Origin: Eledone cirrhosa
Lineage: Eukaryota
Direction: 5' to 3'
Assembly: GCA_964016885.1 (NCBI GenBank)
Contig: OZ024749.1
Coordinates: 5,580,001 to 5,644,000, forward strand
Length of the DNA stretch: 64,000 nt
The notes under the pieces are model-generated. The model was not told the DNA's origin, ran no database searches, and saw nothing but the letters and a program-made list of their open reading frames with translations. Shown in pieces: positions 14,829-28,737 of this stretch. Numbering within the stretch: the stretch's first letter is position 1; each line of letters begins with the position of its first letter. The position numbers and the translations under genes were made by a program.

Positions 14829-14866
<38 letters not shown>

Positions 14867-15723
14867 TTCACATATATATATATGTGTATGTATATACACA
14901 CAAACACACACAGAAATATATACATATAAATATATATATACACAAACACACATGTACATACATACATACACACACACAAAGACAATTGTACATACATAAA
15001 TATACTGTGTGTGCTTGTGTATATTTATGTATGTACATGTGAGTGTGTGTATTTATAACTGTGTGTGTATATATATATATATATATACACACACACCACA
15101 CACTTGTGTGTGTGTGTGTACATTTCCTTAAAACCTAAATGTGGAAACAACTAATTTATATACATTTATGTTAATGGATGGATGAGTTTATATTTATAGG
15201 CATCAATTTAAATCATTTGAAAAAAAAATTGTTACAAAAGATATATTTCCTCAGAAATTCAATATTTCTAATTTACTGAAAAAAGTGTTATATATACATA
15301 TATATATATATATATATTTCTCAAATATATTAAAAACATATCCATGACTATATATATACATGAAGCAAACCCTTTTGGGGAAAATTTTGGTCTATCTTAT
15401 TCCATGATCAGAATTTAAACAGTTCCAAAGTTCTAAGATTACTGAAGAAGAATTTATAAGATGTTCGAAATCCATAAACATGGTCTATTGCCCTGTAAAC
15501 TAGTGGGACTTATAACTCATTGATACAACTTTACACCAATCGAAATAATTTTCCTGAAATATTTTTTTTTAACAATCAACAAATATAAATTAAAAAATAA
15601 TACAAAAAAGAAGAAAATTTGATTTTTTTTTTTCTAGAAATGTGAAAAAACTAACTTAACATCCTGTAATGTCAAAAACACATTGGTTCGTTGATTCAAA
15701 TCATCATGATCATCCTCATTTAA

Positions 15724-15943
15724 CCCTTTAGCATTTAAACCAGCCATATCTAGCCAGAATACTTTCACCTGTTTCTGTTGAAACCAGCTGTAACTGACCA
15801 CTCATACTGATGCTAAGGTATTGTTTTCAAAATAAGTCTTATCAAAATCTCATAGATTTGATATTGCGTGAGATAATTATGTGAGATAAAGCTTTTACCA
15901 TGAAAATATAAAGTATATATAGAGTAATGTAAATGCTAAAAGG
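15724..15943. mobile_element. TTAA-targeting piggyBac-type MITE
   Basis: TTAA|CCCTTTAGCATTTA ... TAAATGCTAAAAGG|TTAA. Confidence 0.85.
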
Positions 15944-16408
15944 TTAAAGTCCATTTTTCCCTAGATTGGACGGGTTGTCACATACAAATTCAGTACTAAG
16001 ATTTAATGTCATTCCTGCACTCTAGAGTGTTTACTGTGGGTATTTAATAATGGTACCAGTGCCAAAGAGGTAGACATGTCTTTGACACAAATGTTTATAA
16101 TATTTTTTACTAGTCAGCAGATTGTATTAAAAAGTTGCAGTATTAGACTAAAAAAGTTAATTTTTAATGTGATCCACTCGTAGTATGTTTTACATTTTCT
16201 AGAATATCATGCTAATGTGACCTTGTGGTTTATTAATTGAAATGTTTATAGCATCATTACTAGAGAGCAGATTGTTATCAAAATTTGCAGTGTTTGAGTA
16301 AACAAATTAATGGTTGCTTGATGCAATCATAATGATGTTGTGTACCATTCAAGATTTGTTAATGAAGTTTCTTGTAGTACAGCACATTGACTTAATTCAA
16401 ATGTTTAA

Positions 16409-16637
16409 ACCTTTAGCATTTACATTACATTTACTATTGTATTTTCACAGTAAACACTTTATTTCATATAATTATCTGGTAAAGACTTTATCTCACATAA
16501 TATCAAATCTACGAGATTTGATTATTCATTTTGAGAACAATACCTTAACATAAGTATGAACGGCCAGATATGGCCGGTTTGAACAGAAACAGGTAAGAGA
16601 ATTCTGGTCGGAAACAGCCTGTTTAAATGTTGAAGAG
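16409..16637. mobile_element. Same TTAA MITE family, opposite orientation
   Basis: TTAA flanks; internal sequence is the reverse complement of 15724-15943. Confidence 0.8.
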
Positions 16638-16834
16638 TTAAAACATCTTCAATAGTGGTCAAATTGTTTTTAAAAATTTGCAGTATTAAAATAAAGACTT
16701 CAATTGCATCGCTTTAAAAAATGATGCAATTTAAGTGCAAAATTGTAATTTAAAATAATATCAGGCTAATGTGGCTTCATATAGTACAGGATGCTAAGGG
16801 TTAAAAGCAAAAACAAAAAAAATCACTACAATAC

Positions 16835-16897
16835 CTCCGCAAATGTTTTCTCTTTGGCTCCTCGCTTAGATCTGATTTCCTTGGCTATACGTGCATT
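16835..16897 (-). CDS. CCDC39: Internal exon (63 bp, phase 0/0) of a probable CCDC39 gene: NARIAKEIRSKRGAKEKTFAE
   Basis: Acceptor TTTTCACTTGCAG, donor GAG|GTATTG. In phase with 28738-28806. From memory, resembles the vertebrate CCDC39 segment CAKLTKEIRLLKDTKDETMEE. Confidence 0.7.
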
Positions 16898-17184
16898 CTG
16901 CAAGTGAAAATATATAAAAATTAAATCTATATATAAATTTGAGTGACTTCGTCCATCACACAATGTGTGTGTATGTGAATGTATGTGTGAGTAAAAGAAA
17001 GGAAGGGCATGGTGAAAAAACTATAGCAAAACAGCAGCTGGCATTTCATTACACTGTGAGTGTGTATGTGTATTTGTGTAAATGTATGTGCGTTTATGTT
17101 TATGTAAATGTATCTGCGTTTATGATTGTGTAAATGTATGTGCGTTTATGTTTTTGTACATCTATCGTTATTTTGACAAACTGG

Positions 17185-17600
17185 GTGGTGGATTGGCAGT
17201 ATCGGTAGAGAATTGGACACCATGCTTTGAAGCATAGAGTTACATCCCTTTATGAGCTAAGTTCAAGTTGATTTGATCCATGGATCAGCCGACCCATGAA
17301 ATTAACATACAAGAAGTTAAGCATTTCACAGATTCATGTTCCCTTAACATAGTTCTCATTAAGATTCTGTATGACATAGTTTGTGACAAGGCTGAACCTT
17401 TGGATTACAAATACAACTCAAAGTTTTCCCAGCTGAGTGGACTAGAGCAACATGAAATAAACTGTCTTACAGATGCTATGTGTCAGAGACAACTTCATTC
17501 AGGAAGAACAATCTGAAGTATTTTACCGAAGAACACAATGATCCACATAGTGTAGGTATCAAACCTACAAACTTATGCACATGAATCCAACACACTAACC
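17185..17600. mobile_element. SINE A head (+, ~17185-17265) joined to a diverged SINE B (-)
   Basis: GGTGGATTGGCAGTATCGGTAGAG head; CAGCTGAGTGGACTAGAGCAACATGAAATAAA core. Confidence 0.65.
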
Positions 17601-18199
17601 AATACGCAATATATCTGATATTCATAACCATAAGTAAATGTAAAGATGTTGAAAAGAAAATAGTTTCCCCGTTATATTATGTACAAATAACGAATGTTAA
17701 ACATTTCAAAGAAAATAGCTACTTTTTTCTTCTTACTTTCATGCTGCTATTGTAAAACTTTAGCAATCTCAGTAGATTTCTTTCATAAAACTGATTATAA
17801 CATGTTAAAATACATTTATTATATAATATATTAGATAGATATTATTACACTCCTATATATATATATATGATGATGATATATATATATGATGGTGATGATG
17901 ATATATATAAGCTGCTTGCCATAATGCGGAAAAAGTGTTGTACTTGTATATTACATTTACATCATATAATTTTATCATACCTGAAATAAAATCCTTAGGT
18001 GTTTATATTAAACACATCCATACACAAACACAGAGATAAATGTTTGCTCTATAGGTCTGTGTACCTGAATACAGTAAACATGCACTAAATAAAGGACTCA
18101 TATAATGTTTGTAGAGTCAAAAACCGGTTTATGACCTACAATGAGTGTTTATGCTAAAGTTCTTCAGATATTTCTTCTTCATATTGGCAGTATCGGTTA

Positions 18200-18392
18200 A
18201 GGCGGTGGATTGGCAGTATCGGTAGAGGGTCGGACATGCTTTCCAGCGTAGTTTCGTCCCTTTACGATCGTAGTTCAAATCCCGCCAAAGTTAACTTTGC
18301 CTTTCATCCTTACGGGGTCGATAAAATAAAAGTACCAGTAATGTACTGGGTAATTGCTGTGCCAAAATTGTACCAAAAGCAGAAACAATTAT
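18200..18392 (+). mobile_element. SINE family A
   Basis: Full head and core match to the other copies. Confidence 0.9.
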
Positions 18393-18404
18393 TTCTTCTT
18401 TATA

Positions 18405-18890
18405 TTCACCCACTTATTCCTGAGAGGGTCGAGGGGGGCAGAGTCCTAAAACACTCCCTCCAGCAATTCTTGTCCGAAGCAACACTGTCCGACTGATCCA
18501 GCTAGATCCCCAAACATGACCAGCCAAGCTCATGAATGTTATCCAACCATTTTGTTCGAGGTCTACCCCTGGATCTCTTGCCGGTTGGTTTTGCACCTAA
18601 ATTCAGTCCAGTGATTCTTTTCCGAGACATTCTAACCACATGTCCATAGTATGAAAGCTAAGATCTCTCAATTAGAAGAAGTAGCAGCTCTACCTGGTGC
18701 CCCTCTCTGATCTCCCAGCTATATATCTGTCCAGTGATTCTTTCCTGAGACATTCTAACCACATGTCTATAATATGAGAGCTGTGATCTCTCAATTAGAA
18801 GAAGTAGCAGCTCTACCTGGAGTGACTCACCAGTGATTCTTTTCTGAGACATTCCAACCACATGTCCATAGTATCAGAGCTGTAATCTCA
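18405..18890 (-). mobile_element. RTE 3'-end-derived element with internal tandem repeat
   Basis: Repeated QVELLLLLIERSQLSYYRHVVRMSQERITG; same family as 29580-30252 and 43278-44051. Confidence 0.8.
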
Positions 18891-20752
18891 CTATATACCT
18901 ATATGTATGTGCCTGTGTGTGTACACACATATACACACACGTATATATATACACATATATACATACACAAACATAAATTCACACAGACACTCATATATCG
19001 ATGCACATACACATATACACACACATAGATGCACATACACACACACATATATAGATGCACATACACACATACATAGATGCACATACACATATATATGCAT
19101 ATATACATACACATAGATGCACATACACACACACACCGATGCACATACCCACATGCACACACACAGATGCACACACACACATGCACACACACACACACAC
19201 ACATACACACAGACATATATATAGATGTTCGTACATACATAAAGGTCAGAAGGACCCTTCAGTGGTGTCACATGACTATCTCTCTAGTGCTGGTGATCTA
19301 CATGTTCAATGCTCCCAGTACACAATAAAACGTGGTTGGTGATAGGAAGGGCATCTAACCATAGAAAGCTTGCCAAACAAAGAGTTTGGAGGATCTTACA
19401 AAGGCATGATGCCCTCCCAGATGCTGATTTCAGGGTACAGTGCACTCAGTAGAATGCAGGGTCACTTGAAAGTGATATGTAGTCCTTTGAACCATCTGAG
19501 GGGTCAGTAGCGTTGTGTGTGTACTTAAAGACTTGTCCAACCCTTCTTTGCAGGAAAGACAGTCGTTAAATAATGATGATGATCATCATACATATATGAA
19601 TACATGTATAATTCATATGTGATGGCTGCCACTCGATTTTGAGTAATGCCATCGATTGATACTTAAGCATGGGCATCACGGATGTGACCTTTTAGTCCTG
19701 CCTATGAGCAACAATATGATGGATCGCAAAAAATGTCATATATCAAGCAATGCCGATACTTGAAGCTTTTTTAAGTGAGGAAAGGCTCTGCACGGAGCTA
19801 ATCCCACTCTCTGAACTCGAATTGATTTGCCAAAAAGACAACTGGTCTACATCACCAATGATAAAGAATTGATCAGGTCTTTGATAAAGCTGAATGGTTC
19901 TAACTATGTTTTGTTTAGCAAGTTTTCAACAGATAGATACCCTTTCTACCACTAACCAGTCCCAAAGTGTACTAGGTGAGGATTGTGTTTCGCCATCACT
20001 AGGGAAGGGTTAAGACCTTTTTGGTACAACTGAAAATTTCTCATCACCCTGTTTTTAGCAGGTTTTCTACAGGTAGATGCCCTGTCTATCACCAACCAGC
20101 CAAATATTTTACTGGCTGAGTATCATATTGTGAAGGTGCATGGTTTGGTGGTTACAGAGTTGGATACACAATCGTGTGGTTGTGAATTCAATTCTCAGAC
20201 CGGGTGATCTATTGTGTCCTTGACCATGACACTTTAATTCACATTGCTCTTTCTGCAAGGAGTTGCAACCAGTAGATAGTATCAGCAATGGACAGACTGA
20301 TGGAAACATTCTTTCCTAGGTTTGATTTGACAAGTTCCACACCACTTCACAAGCGAATTAGGTCTGGAATCTTGTGGATTGATCAGAGCCATTATCATGA
20401 TGTCACCACTAGATAGGTGTGATGCAAACTCAGAAGACACACATCTGGATAACGGGCTAAACAGCAACCCTAACACTTCAACAAAATACACCCCACCTTT
20501 CTTTGGCTGCTATTTTATCAACCCCAAAAGAATGAAAGGCAAAGTTGATCCCAGCACAATTTGAACACTGAAAATAGAAAGCCAAACCAACTACAGAAGT
20601 ATCTGATCCCATTATCTCACTACTTTGTCGGTTCCACATCGGGGAATATATACACACTACAAATATACAACACATATGATATATACAAAAGACAAACACG
20701 TAGCAAATATTTACAAGGACACACACACACACACATGTATATGTGTGTATGC

Positions 20753-20820
<68 letters not shown>

Positions 20821-20821
20821 G

Positions 20822-23240
20822 TCATCATCATCATCATCGTTTAACGTCCATCTTCCACGCTTGCATGGGTTTGGACGGGGGTTTTCCCACTTGAGGCAAG
20901 AGTGGTTGTCTTGCTCGCATAGGACTGTCTGGCGGGTTTTCTACAGCTGGATGCCCTTCCTAACACCAACCACATTTACAGTGTGGGTCTGGGAGGTTTT
21001 TACCGTGTTACCTACACGGCCACATTACAGCGTGGATTGTGTGTGTTTTTTTTTTGCCGTGACACCTACACGACCTCATTTGTTTTGGCCTGGATGTTGT
21101 GGTACCAACATAACTTTACATTGAAAGGGGTGGTGTGGATGGGATGGGGGGTAGTGGGACGGGGTGTATTTTGTTAGAGGTTCCTACTGACTGTAGTAGG
21201 TTTCACTTTGTACTTAGGTAAGGAGGGTCTTCTCTATTACTGTGTAGCGCCAAAGCTCTCGGTCCAGTGACATTGCCTTGGAGAGGTGTAAGTGTGTGAG
21301 GTCGGAATTTATCAAGTCGTCCCAGGTTTTTCTGGGTCTGCCTACTCCGTGGCTACCGTCTATTTTTATTGCCCTGCACTTTTTTATACAGCTGTCGTTT
21401 TTCATGCGCATCACGTGACCATACCAACGTAGTCTTCTCTCGAGTAAACAACATCTGATCCTCTTATTTCTAATTTCTCCCTTAGTACGTTTATGCTTTG
21501 CCGTTCACGTATATTACTATTACACATCCAGCGGAGCATGCAAGCTTCGTTTCTCTCCAGTCTGCGTATATCCTCTGCACACAATGCCCAGGTCTCACTG
21601 CCATGTAACATTGCTGTTCGTATGCAGGCATCATACAGCCTGCCCTTCATTTTTAGAGAGAACCCTTTAGCGGCCAATAGTGGTATAAGCTCTCTGAACT
21701 TTTTCCATCCCGTTCTGACCCTAGCTACTGTACTTTCAGAGCACCCTCCCCCACTACTGATTTTATCACCCAGGTAACGGAAGCTGTCCACTATTTCTAT
21801 AGAACCATATGTGCAATGGAACGAGTTAGTATTCTGTGGGCACTTGCTGCTACTTATTGCACCAGAGCACCGGCCACATATAAAATCTATATTCTTAGAT
21901 AGTTTACCTGTGATCCCACTACATCTTTTATGTACCCATACTTTGCATTTGGGACATAAAATAGAGTTTCTACCTATTCCTTTCCTACACACTGAGCATG
22001 GCCATTTCCCAGATGGGACCGGTGCCCTATTTTCCTTCCTACAAACTAGAACTTTAGTCTTAGACAAGTTAACTTTAAGGCCTTTTGATTCTTGGCCATG
22101 CTTCCATGTTTGGAATTTCTTCTCTAGTTCAGCCATTGATTCAGCTATGGGCGTTAGATCATCTGCATATAGGAGTTCCCATGGGCAGCCGGTCTTGAAC
22201 TCCTCTGTTATAGCCTGAAGGGCAATAATAAATAGTAGGGGGCTAAGGACGGAGCCCTGATGAACACCAACTTTTACGCTAAACTCTTCACTATATTCGT
22301 TGTTAATTCTAACCTTGCTGGCTGTTTCTTTATACATGGCTTGTATAGCTCTCACAAGCCATTCATCAACACCTAGTTTTCTAAGGGCCCACCAGATAAT
22401 GGAGCGGGGTACTCTGTCAAAGGCTTTCTCCAAGTCAACAAAAGCTAAGTATAGGGGTTTACTTTTAGCTAGGTACTTCTCCTGTAGTTGTCGTACAATG
22501 AAAAGAGCGTTTGTTGTACTTTTACCTGACACAAACCCGAACTGCATTTCGTCTAGATCAATTCGTTCTCTGATTAGTTGCGCTATTTCTTTTTCTGCGA
22601 CCTTCATGACCTGGTCAATTAATTTAATGCATCTATAATTTCCCCTATCTAGGGCCTCACCTTTACCCTTGTAGCGGTTAATGATGATGCTGCTGCGCCA
22701 GTCCTTCGGAACGACCCCATTCTGTATGACTTGGTTTACTATCCGGGTGACCATAGTGTGTCACTATCCGGGTGACCAAAGTGTTCCAGATGCTTTCAGC
22801 ATTTCGGCAACTATTTCCGAAGGCCTGGTCGCCTTGCCCGTCTTTGATCGCCTTACTTATTATACTACCGTCAACTTGCACTGCTGGTCCCTCTATTGGG
22901 TCGATGTGGGGGAGACTGTCTTTCTCACAATTATTCTCCTCATTTAGTAGCCTTTCGTAGTGACACTTCCAAGCTACCTTCTTATCAGCGTCAGTGATGG
23001 CAAGTACGCCATCATCATTAAGTACACACTTCTCCCCGACAATATCACTGTTTTCCTTGACATTGCCTAGCAATCCTGAACACCTCACATTTTTGGTCCT
23101 CGCGTTGTAGAACATGCTTGAACTTTCTTTCCTCTGCTTCCCTTCTTGCGAAGTACACTTGTCTCCTAGCTTCCCTCCTGGCCACTTGATAGTCTTCTCT
23201 ACTTCCCCCATCCCGCCATGCTTTCCAAGCCTGCTTTTTG
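20822..23240 (-). mobile_element. 5'-truncated RTE (BovB-like) LINE: RT with PHD-type zinc finger, 3' UTR, (ATG)n tail
   Basis: ORF 21411-22754 has AFVDLEKAFDRV, GVHQGSVLSPLLF, LLYADD, FRYLG; the continuation has GRPRKTW. A 25-bp duplication near 22738-22778 shifts the frame. Confidence 0.95.
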
Positions 23241-23600
23241 ACCATTGTAGTACCAACAGCGATATATGCCTGTGAGACATGCAAGAAGTACGGAAAGTGT
23301 ATGTAACAAGCTTGATGTATTCCACCATTGTTGCATTCGGACCATATTGAAAATTTCATGGAGAGATCAAGTTACCAACAAGGAAGTGATGAGGAGGTCA
23401 GGATTGGAGAGGTTAAAGGACATTGTCCGGAAAAGGAGACGGCAGTTCGCGGGCCACATCCTTCGTTTGCCGGCAGATCGACCTGCTCATATTGCCATGG
23501 ATTGGGTAACAGAAGATGGCAGGAGAGAACGGGGATGGCCATGGAAAACATGGCGAAGCACATTCAGGGAGGACCTGCAGGAGATGGGGATTTCACCAGT
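23241..23600 (+). mobile_element. C-terminal fragment of a different RTE family, head-to-head with the previous element
   Basis: LDVFHHCCIRTILKISWRDQVTNKEV...FAGHILRL...GWPWKTW. Confidence 0.85.
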
Positions 23601-23671
23601 AAGGTGAAATACTAGTGTAGGTACCAAATAAAGCACTCTCTGCACAGGCAGAGAGTATATAATAGAAATAA

Positions 23672-23878
23672 ACGAGGAAGTTTCGTTTACATATGAAAAA
23701 TATTTATTGTGTACCACAACAAAAATATATTTTTTGTCACATCACCAGTCTGATGAGCAGATTGTTATTGGAGTCATGTAGTCATAACACCTGTAGTCAC
23801 CTTGAGCCAATCCTCTGCGAAACACGCATAACAGGTCGATACACAAATATTTTTCATATATAAACAAAACTTCCTCGT
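23672..23878. mobile_element. Fold-back element with ~34-bp inverted arms enclosing a hammerhead motif
   Basis: ACGAGGAAGTTTCGTTTACATATGAAAAATATTT / AAATATTTTTCATATATAAACAAAACTTCCTCGT, then (TA)n. Confidence 0.8.
23744..23836 (+). ncRNA. Hammerhead ribozyme motif with extended stem II, partly decayed
   Basis: Stem I ACCAGT/ACAGGT (1 mismatch), CTGATGA 23750-56, stem II GCAGA/TCTGC, GAAA 23819-22, triplet ATA; stem III is weak. Confidence 0.6.
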
Positions 23879-23897
23879 ATTATATATATATATATAT

Positions 23898-24242
23898 AGT
23901 AAACTGGAGCAATGTCAAATAAAGTCTCTTGCTCAAGGAAACAATACATCACCAATGAACAGTGAGTTCAATTCTCAGACCGGGTGATGTGTTGTTTCCT
24001 TGAGCAAGACACTTTATTTCACATTGCTCCAGTTTACTCAGCTGTAGAAATGAGATGATAGGACTGGGGTCCCTATCATTCCACTGCAAAGTGGTCGTGG
24101 AGGTGCCATGCAAAAAAGCACCCAGCACTCACTGTAAATGAGGTTCGTGTTAGGAAGGGCATCCAGCTGTAGAAATCAAGCCAGAATCAGTTCCTGTCCC
24201 ACCCTTGCAAGCAGGGAAAAGCGGACGTAAAATGATGATGAT

Positions 24243-24250
<8 letters not shown>
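23898..24250 (+). mobile_element. SINE B (RTE tail) preceded by an inverted copy of its own CORE segment
   Basis: 23898-23954 is the reverse complement of ~23983-24039; the tail ends GACGTAAAATGATGATG. Confidence 0.85.
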
Positions 24251-25040
<790 letters not shown>

Positions 25041-25261
25041 CTGCTTTATGTATATTTTCATGATTGCGTGGGTTAGTGCAGTTGTTGCAGTTTGAGGCTA
25101 AACAGGTCCAAAGATGACTCTCGTACTCATATATTCTATACTGGCATAGATTTTATTGCTGGGTGCTCTTCCTAATTCCAATATCTTAATGTCACATACT
25201 AGCACCAATATTGCCACTTTACAGTGTAAGTTGGATGTATTTTATCACGACATCAGCACAT

Positions 25262-27302
25262 AGACCCCAGTTCTTGATTGGTACTTTATTTGATTCTGGT
25301 AAGATGAAGACTAGGTTTACTTTGGTGGGGTTTGAACTCAGAACATAAATATCCAGAAGAAACACAATCCTGTCAGTCCAATACCCTTGAATAGTAACCG
25401 ATTCTACTTTTGGCACAAGGCTAGCAACGTTGAAAGGAAGGGGAACTCAATGACATTGACCTCATTGCATTACTGGTACTCTTTATCAACTTTCAGAAGG
25501 ATAAAAGGCAAAGTTGACCATGGCAGGATTTGAACTCTGATTATAATTGTTTCTAATTTAGGCACAAGGCCAGCAGTTACCAGTGCATTACTGGTACTTT
25601 ATTTTATCGACCCCGTAAGGATGAAAGGCAAAGTCAACCTCAGCGGGATTTGAACTCAGACCGTAAAGGGACGTAACTATGCTGGAAAGCATGGCGTCCG
25701 ACACTCCACCGATACTGCCAATCCACCGCCCTAATAACTCTGATTATAATGAACCACAACTAAACACCACAAAGCAACTTGTCCAATGCCATAATGATTC
25801 TGCCAATCAACCACTGTGGAATAATAATGGTTTCTACTTTTGGCATAAGGCCAGCAAATATCCAAGTGTATTACTGGTACTTTATTTTATCAACCCTGTA
25901 AGGATGAAAGGCAAAGTTAACCTCGGCGGATTTGAACTCAGACCGTGAAGGGCTGTAACTCTATGCTGCAAATCAATGCGTCTGACCCTTCACCAATACT
26001 GCCAATCCACCGCCAATCACCCTGGAATAATATTAGTTTCTGATTTAGGCAGGAAGGAGAAAGTCAATTAAATCACCCAGTGCATTACTGGTACTTTTAT
26101 CAAGCCTGTAAGGATGAATGGTAAAGCTAACCCCAGGAGGATTTTAAATCAACCATCCTTGACTAAAAATAAATGTTTCTACTTTAGGCACAAGGCCAGC
26201 AGTTTTAAAGGGAATGGGGAAGTCGATTAAATCAACCCCAGTGCATTACTGGTGCTTTATTTTATTGCCCCGTAAGGATGAAAAGCAAAGTTAACCTTGG
26301 TGGGATTTGAACTCAGAATGGCAAGGGCTGTAACTATGCGTCAAAGTATGGCGTCCGACGCTCTACCGATACTGCCAATCCACCGCCCCTTTAATAATAA
26401 TAATTGTTTCTACTTTTAGCACAAGGCCAGCAATTACCAGTGTATTACTGGTACTTTATTTTATCGACCCCGTAAGGATGAAAGGCAAAGTTAACCTCGG
26501 CGGGATTTGAACTCAGATCATAAAGGGAGGTAACTCTATGCTTCAAAGCATGGCGCCCGACCCTCTACCGATACTGCCAATCCACCGCCCTTTAATAATA
26601 ATAATGATAATAATAATAAGATGATAATAATAATAATTGTTTCTACATTTGGTACAAAGCCAGCAATTTAGTGGGAAGAAGAAAATCGATTAAATCAACC
26701 TTAGTGTATTACTGGTGCTTTATATTATCAACCACATCAGGTTGAAAGGCAAATCTAACCTTGGCAAGATTTGAACTCAGTGTAGGGGGCCATAAATACG
26801 CACAGATGCTACCAATCCTGTGAACAACAATATCAACAACACTAACTACACAACCCAGTAAAACAGCAGAGAATGAAGAATGTCAGCTCTTAATGACAGG
26901 AAGCCAAGTGTCAACGGAAATTTATACTTCAGGTGAGTGAAAGGACATTTGATGTCAAAGATAGCAACATATCTCAATATTACTTGTGACATTGCCAAGA
27001 AAAATAAAGAAAAATAAAAATAAAATAAATAAATAAATAAATAAAGTAAGAAATAAAGAAATTAACAAAAATATTAATAACAACAAGGGGTTTCTGATTT
27101 AGGCACAAGACCAGAAATTTGGGGAGAGGGGGAAGTCTATTAAATCGACCCCAGTGCATTACTGGTACTTTATTTATCGGCCTCATAAGGATGAAAAGCA
27201 AAGCTAACCTCGGCGGGATTTGAACCGAGAACGTAAAGGGCCGTAACTCTATGTCACTAAGCATGGTGTCTGAAGCTCTACAATGCCACCCATCCACCGC
27301 CC
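25262..27302 (-). mobile_element. Cluster of about 9 head-to-tail SINE A copies
   Basis: Repeated CTGGTACTTTATTTTATCGACCCCGTAAGGATGAAAGGCAAAG cores, often separated by (AAT)n. Confidence 0.9.
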
Positions 27303-27519
27303 CTATATAATAATAATTACAGTAAAAAAATGAATAAAAATAAATAATATTAACAATATGTATGGCAACAATATTTGGAAAACTTCTATTCTTGTTACTA
27401 GTTTCAAACATTTGACTGTAGACATTGCTGGCTTACACGGAACCTACTTATAGAGGTTTATATGAAAACATATATGTTTTCATATGATAACTGCATTGGT
27501 TTCATTCCACATTGAAAAA

Positions 27520-27850
27520 TAAACCTCATTTGGTCATTCATGAGAGTATCTTGGTCAGCCTATGAGGAGTGATGCTAAACCTGTGAAATATTGCATGCAT
27601 TAATTTCAACTCTTCTTATTAATAACTGGACTGTTTCTTTCCAGGGACTAGGTTGAAATATAAACTTCATTTGGTCATTCCATGAGAGTATCTTGGTCAG
27701 CCTATGAAGGAGTGATGCTAGAGCTGTGAAATATTGCATGCATTAATTTCAACTCTTCTCATTAATAACTGGACTGTTTCTTTCCAGGGACTAGGTTGAA
27801 ATATAAACTTCATTTGGTCATTCCATGAGAGTATCTTGGACAGCCTATGA
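27520..27850. repeat. ~143-bp tandem duplication, ~2.3 copies
   Basis: TCATTTGGTCATTC(C)ATGAGAGTATCTTGG recurs near 27527, 27667 and 27810. Confidence 0.9.
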
Positions 27851-27984
27851 TGCTATAACATTTTTTTATCATAATGAGGTGGGGGATCAAAGTAGAGTCT
27901 GAGATAGAAAGTTGAGAAAGACTCGTCTAATGGCAGAGTTGTTATAGAACCAAATAGACTAAACGTGTTGTATCATTTATTTAA

Positions 27985-28710
27985 ATGGCCGAGGTTAGCT
28001 TTCCCTTTCATCCTTAGGGGTCCATAAAATAAAGCACCAGTAATGCTGGCCTTGTCCCTAAAGTAGAAACAATTATTTATTAAATGGAGGGGGATTGGCA
28101 GTATCACTAGAGTGTCAGACAACAAGCTTTGCAGCCTAGATTTACGGCTCCCCATGACCCGAGTTCAAAATTCTGCTGTGGTTAACTTTATTTTATCGAC
28201 ACCGTAAGGATGAAAGGTAAAGCACCAGTCATGCATAGGGGTCGATTTAATTGACTTTCCCCCTCTCCCAAAACAGCTGCCCTTGTACCTAAATCAGAAA
28301 CCTTTATTTATTCAACTTCTTTACGATGTGTGTTACAATCCTCCAAATATCAACTCAACTTTTCACCCCCCCCCCCCCCATGGTTGATAAAATAGTGAAT
28401 GTGATAAACCAGTATATTGTACGGCTTGTTTTTGTAGAGGGCTCTCTCAGTCTCAATCACAGTAAGTATTGAGTGTAGAGTATATATGTAGAGCTAGGGC
28501 ACTATGTCAGTATTGGTAGAATATCAAACACCAAGCTTTGCAGCAAAGAGTTACAGCCCTTTATGTTCTGAGCTCAAATCACGCTGAGGTTAGCTTTGCC
28601 TTTCATCCTTACAGGTTCGATAAAATAAAGTATCAGTGAGTACTGGGGTCGATTTAAATGACTTTCCCCTCCTTCCAAATTGCTGGCCATGTGCCTAAAT
28701 TAGTAACCAT
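27985..28710 (+). mobile_element. Three diverged SINE A copies, opposite orientation to the preceding cluster
   Basis: GGTTAGCTTTGCCTTTCATCCTTAC core on the plus strand. Confidence 0.8.
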
Positions 28711-28737
28711 TGTTTCAACAGTGATAATATATTTTAC

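Noticed and set aside
26860-26932. Plus-strand candidate exon ending CAG|GTGAGT
   Set aside because: No polypyrimidine acceptor, no partner exon and no recognised homology.
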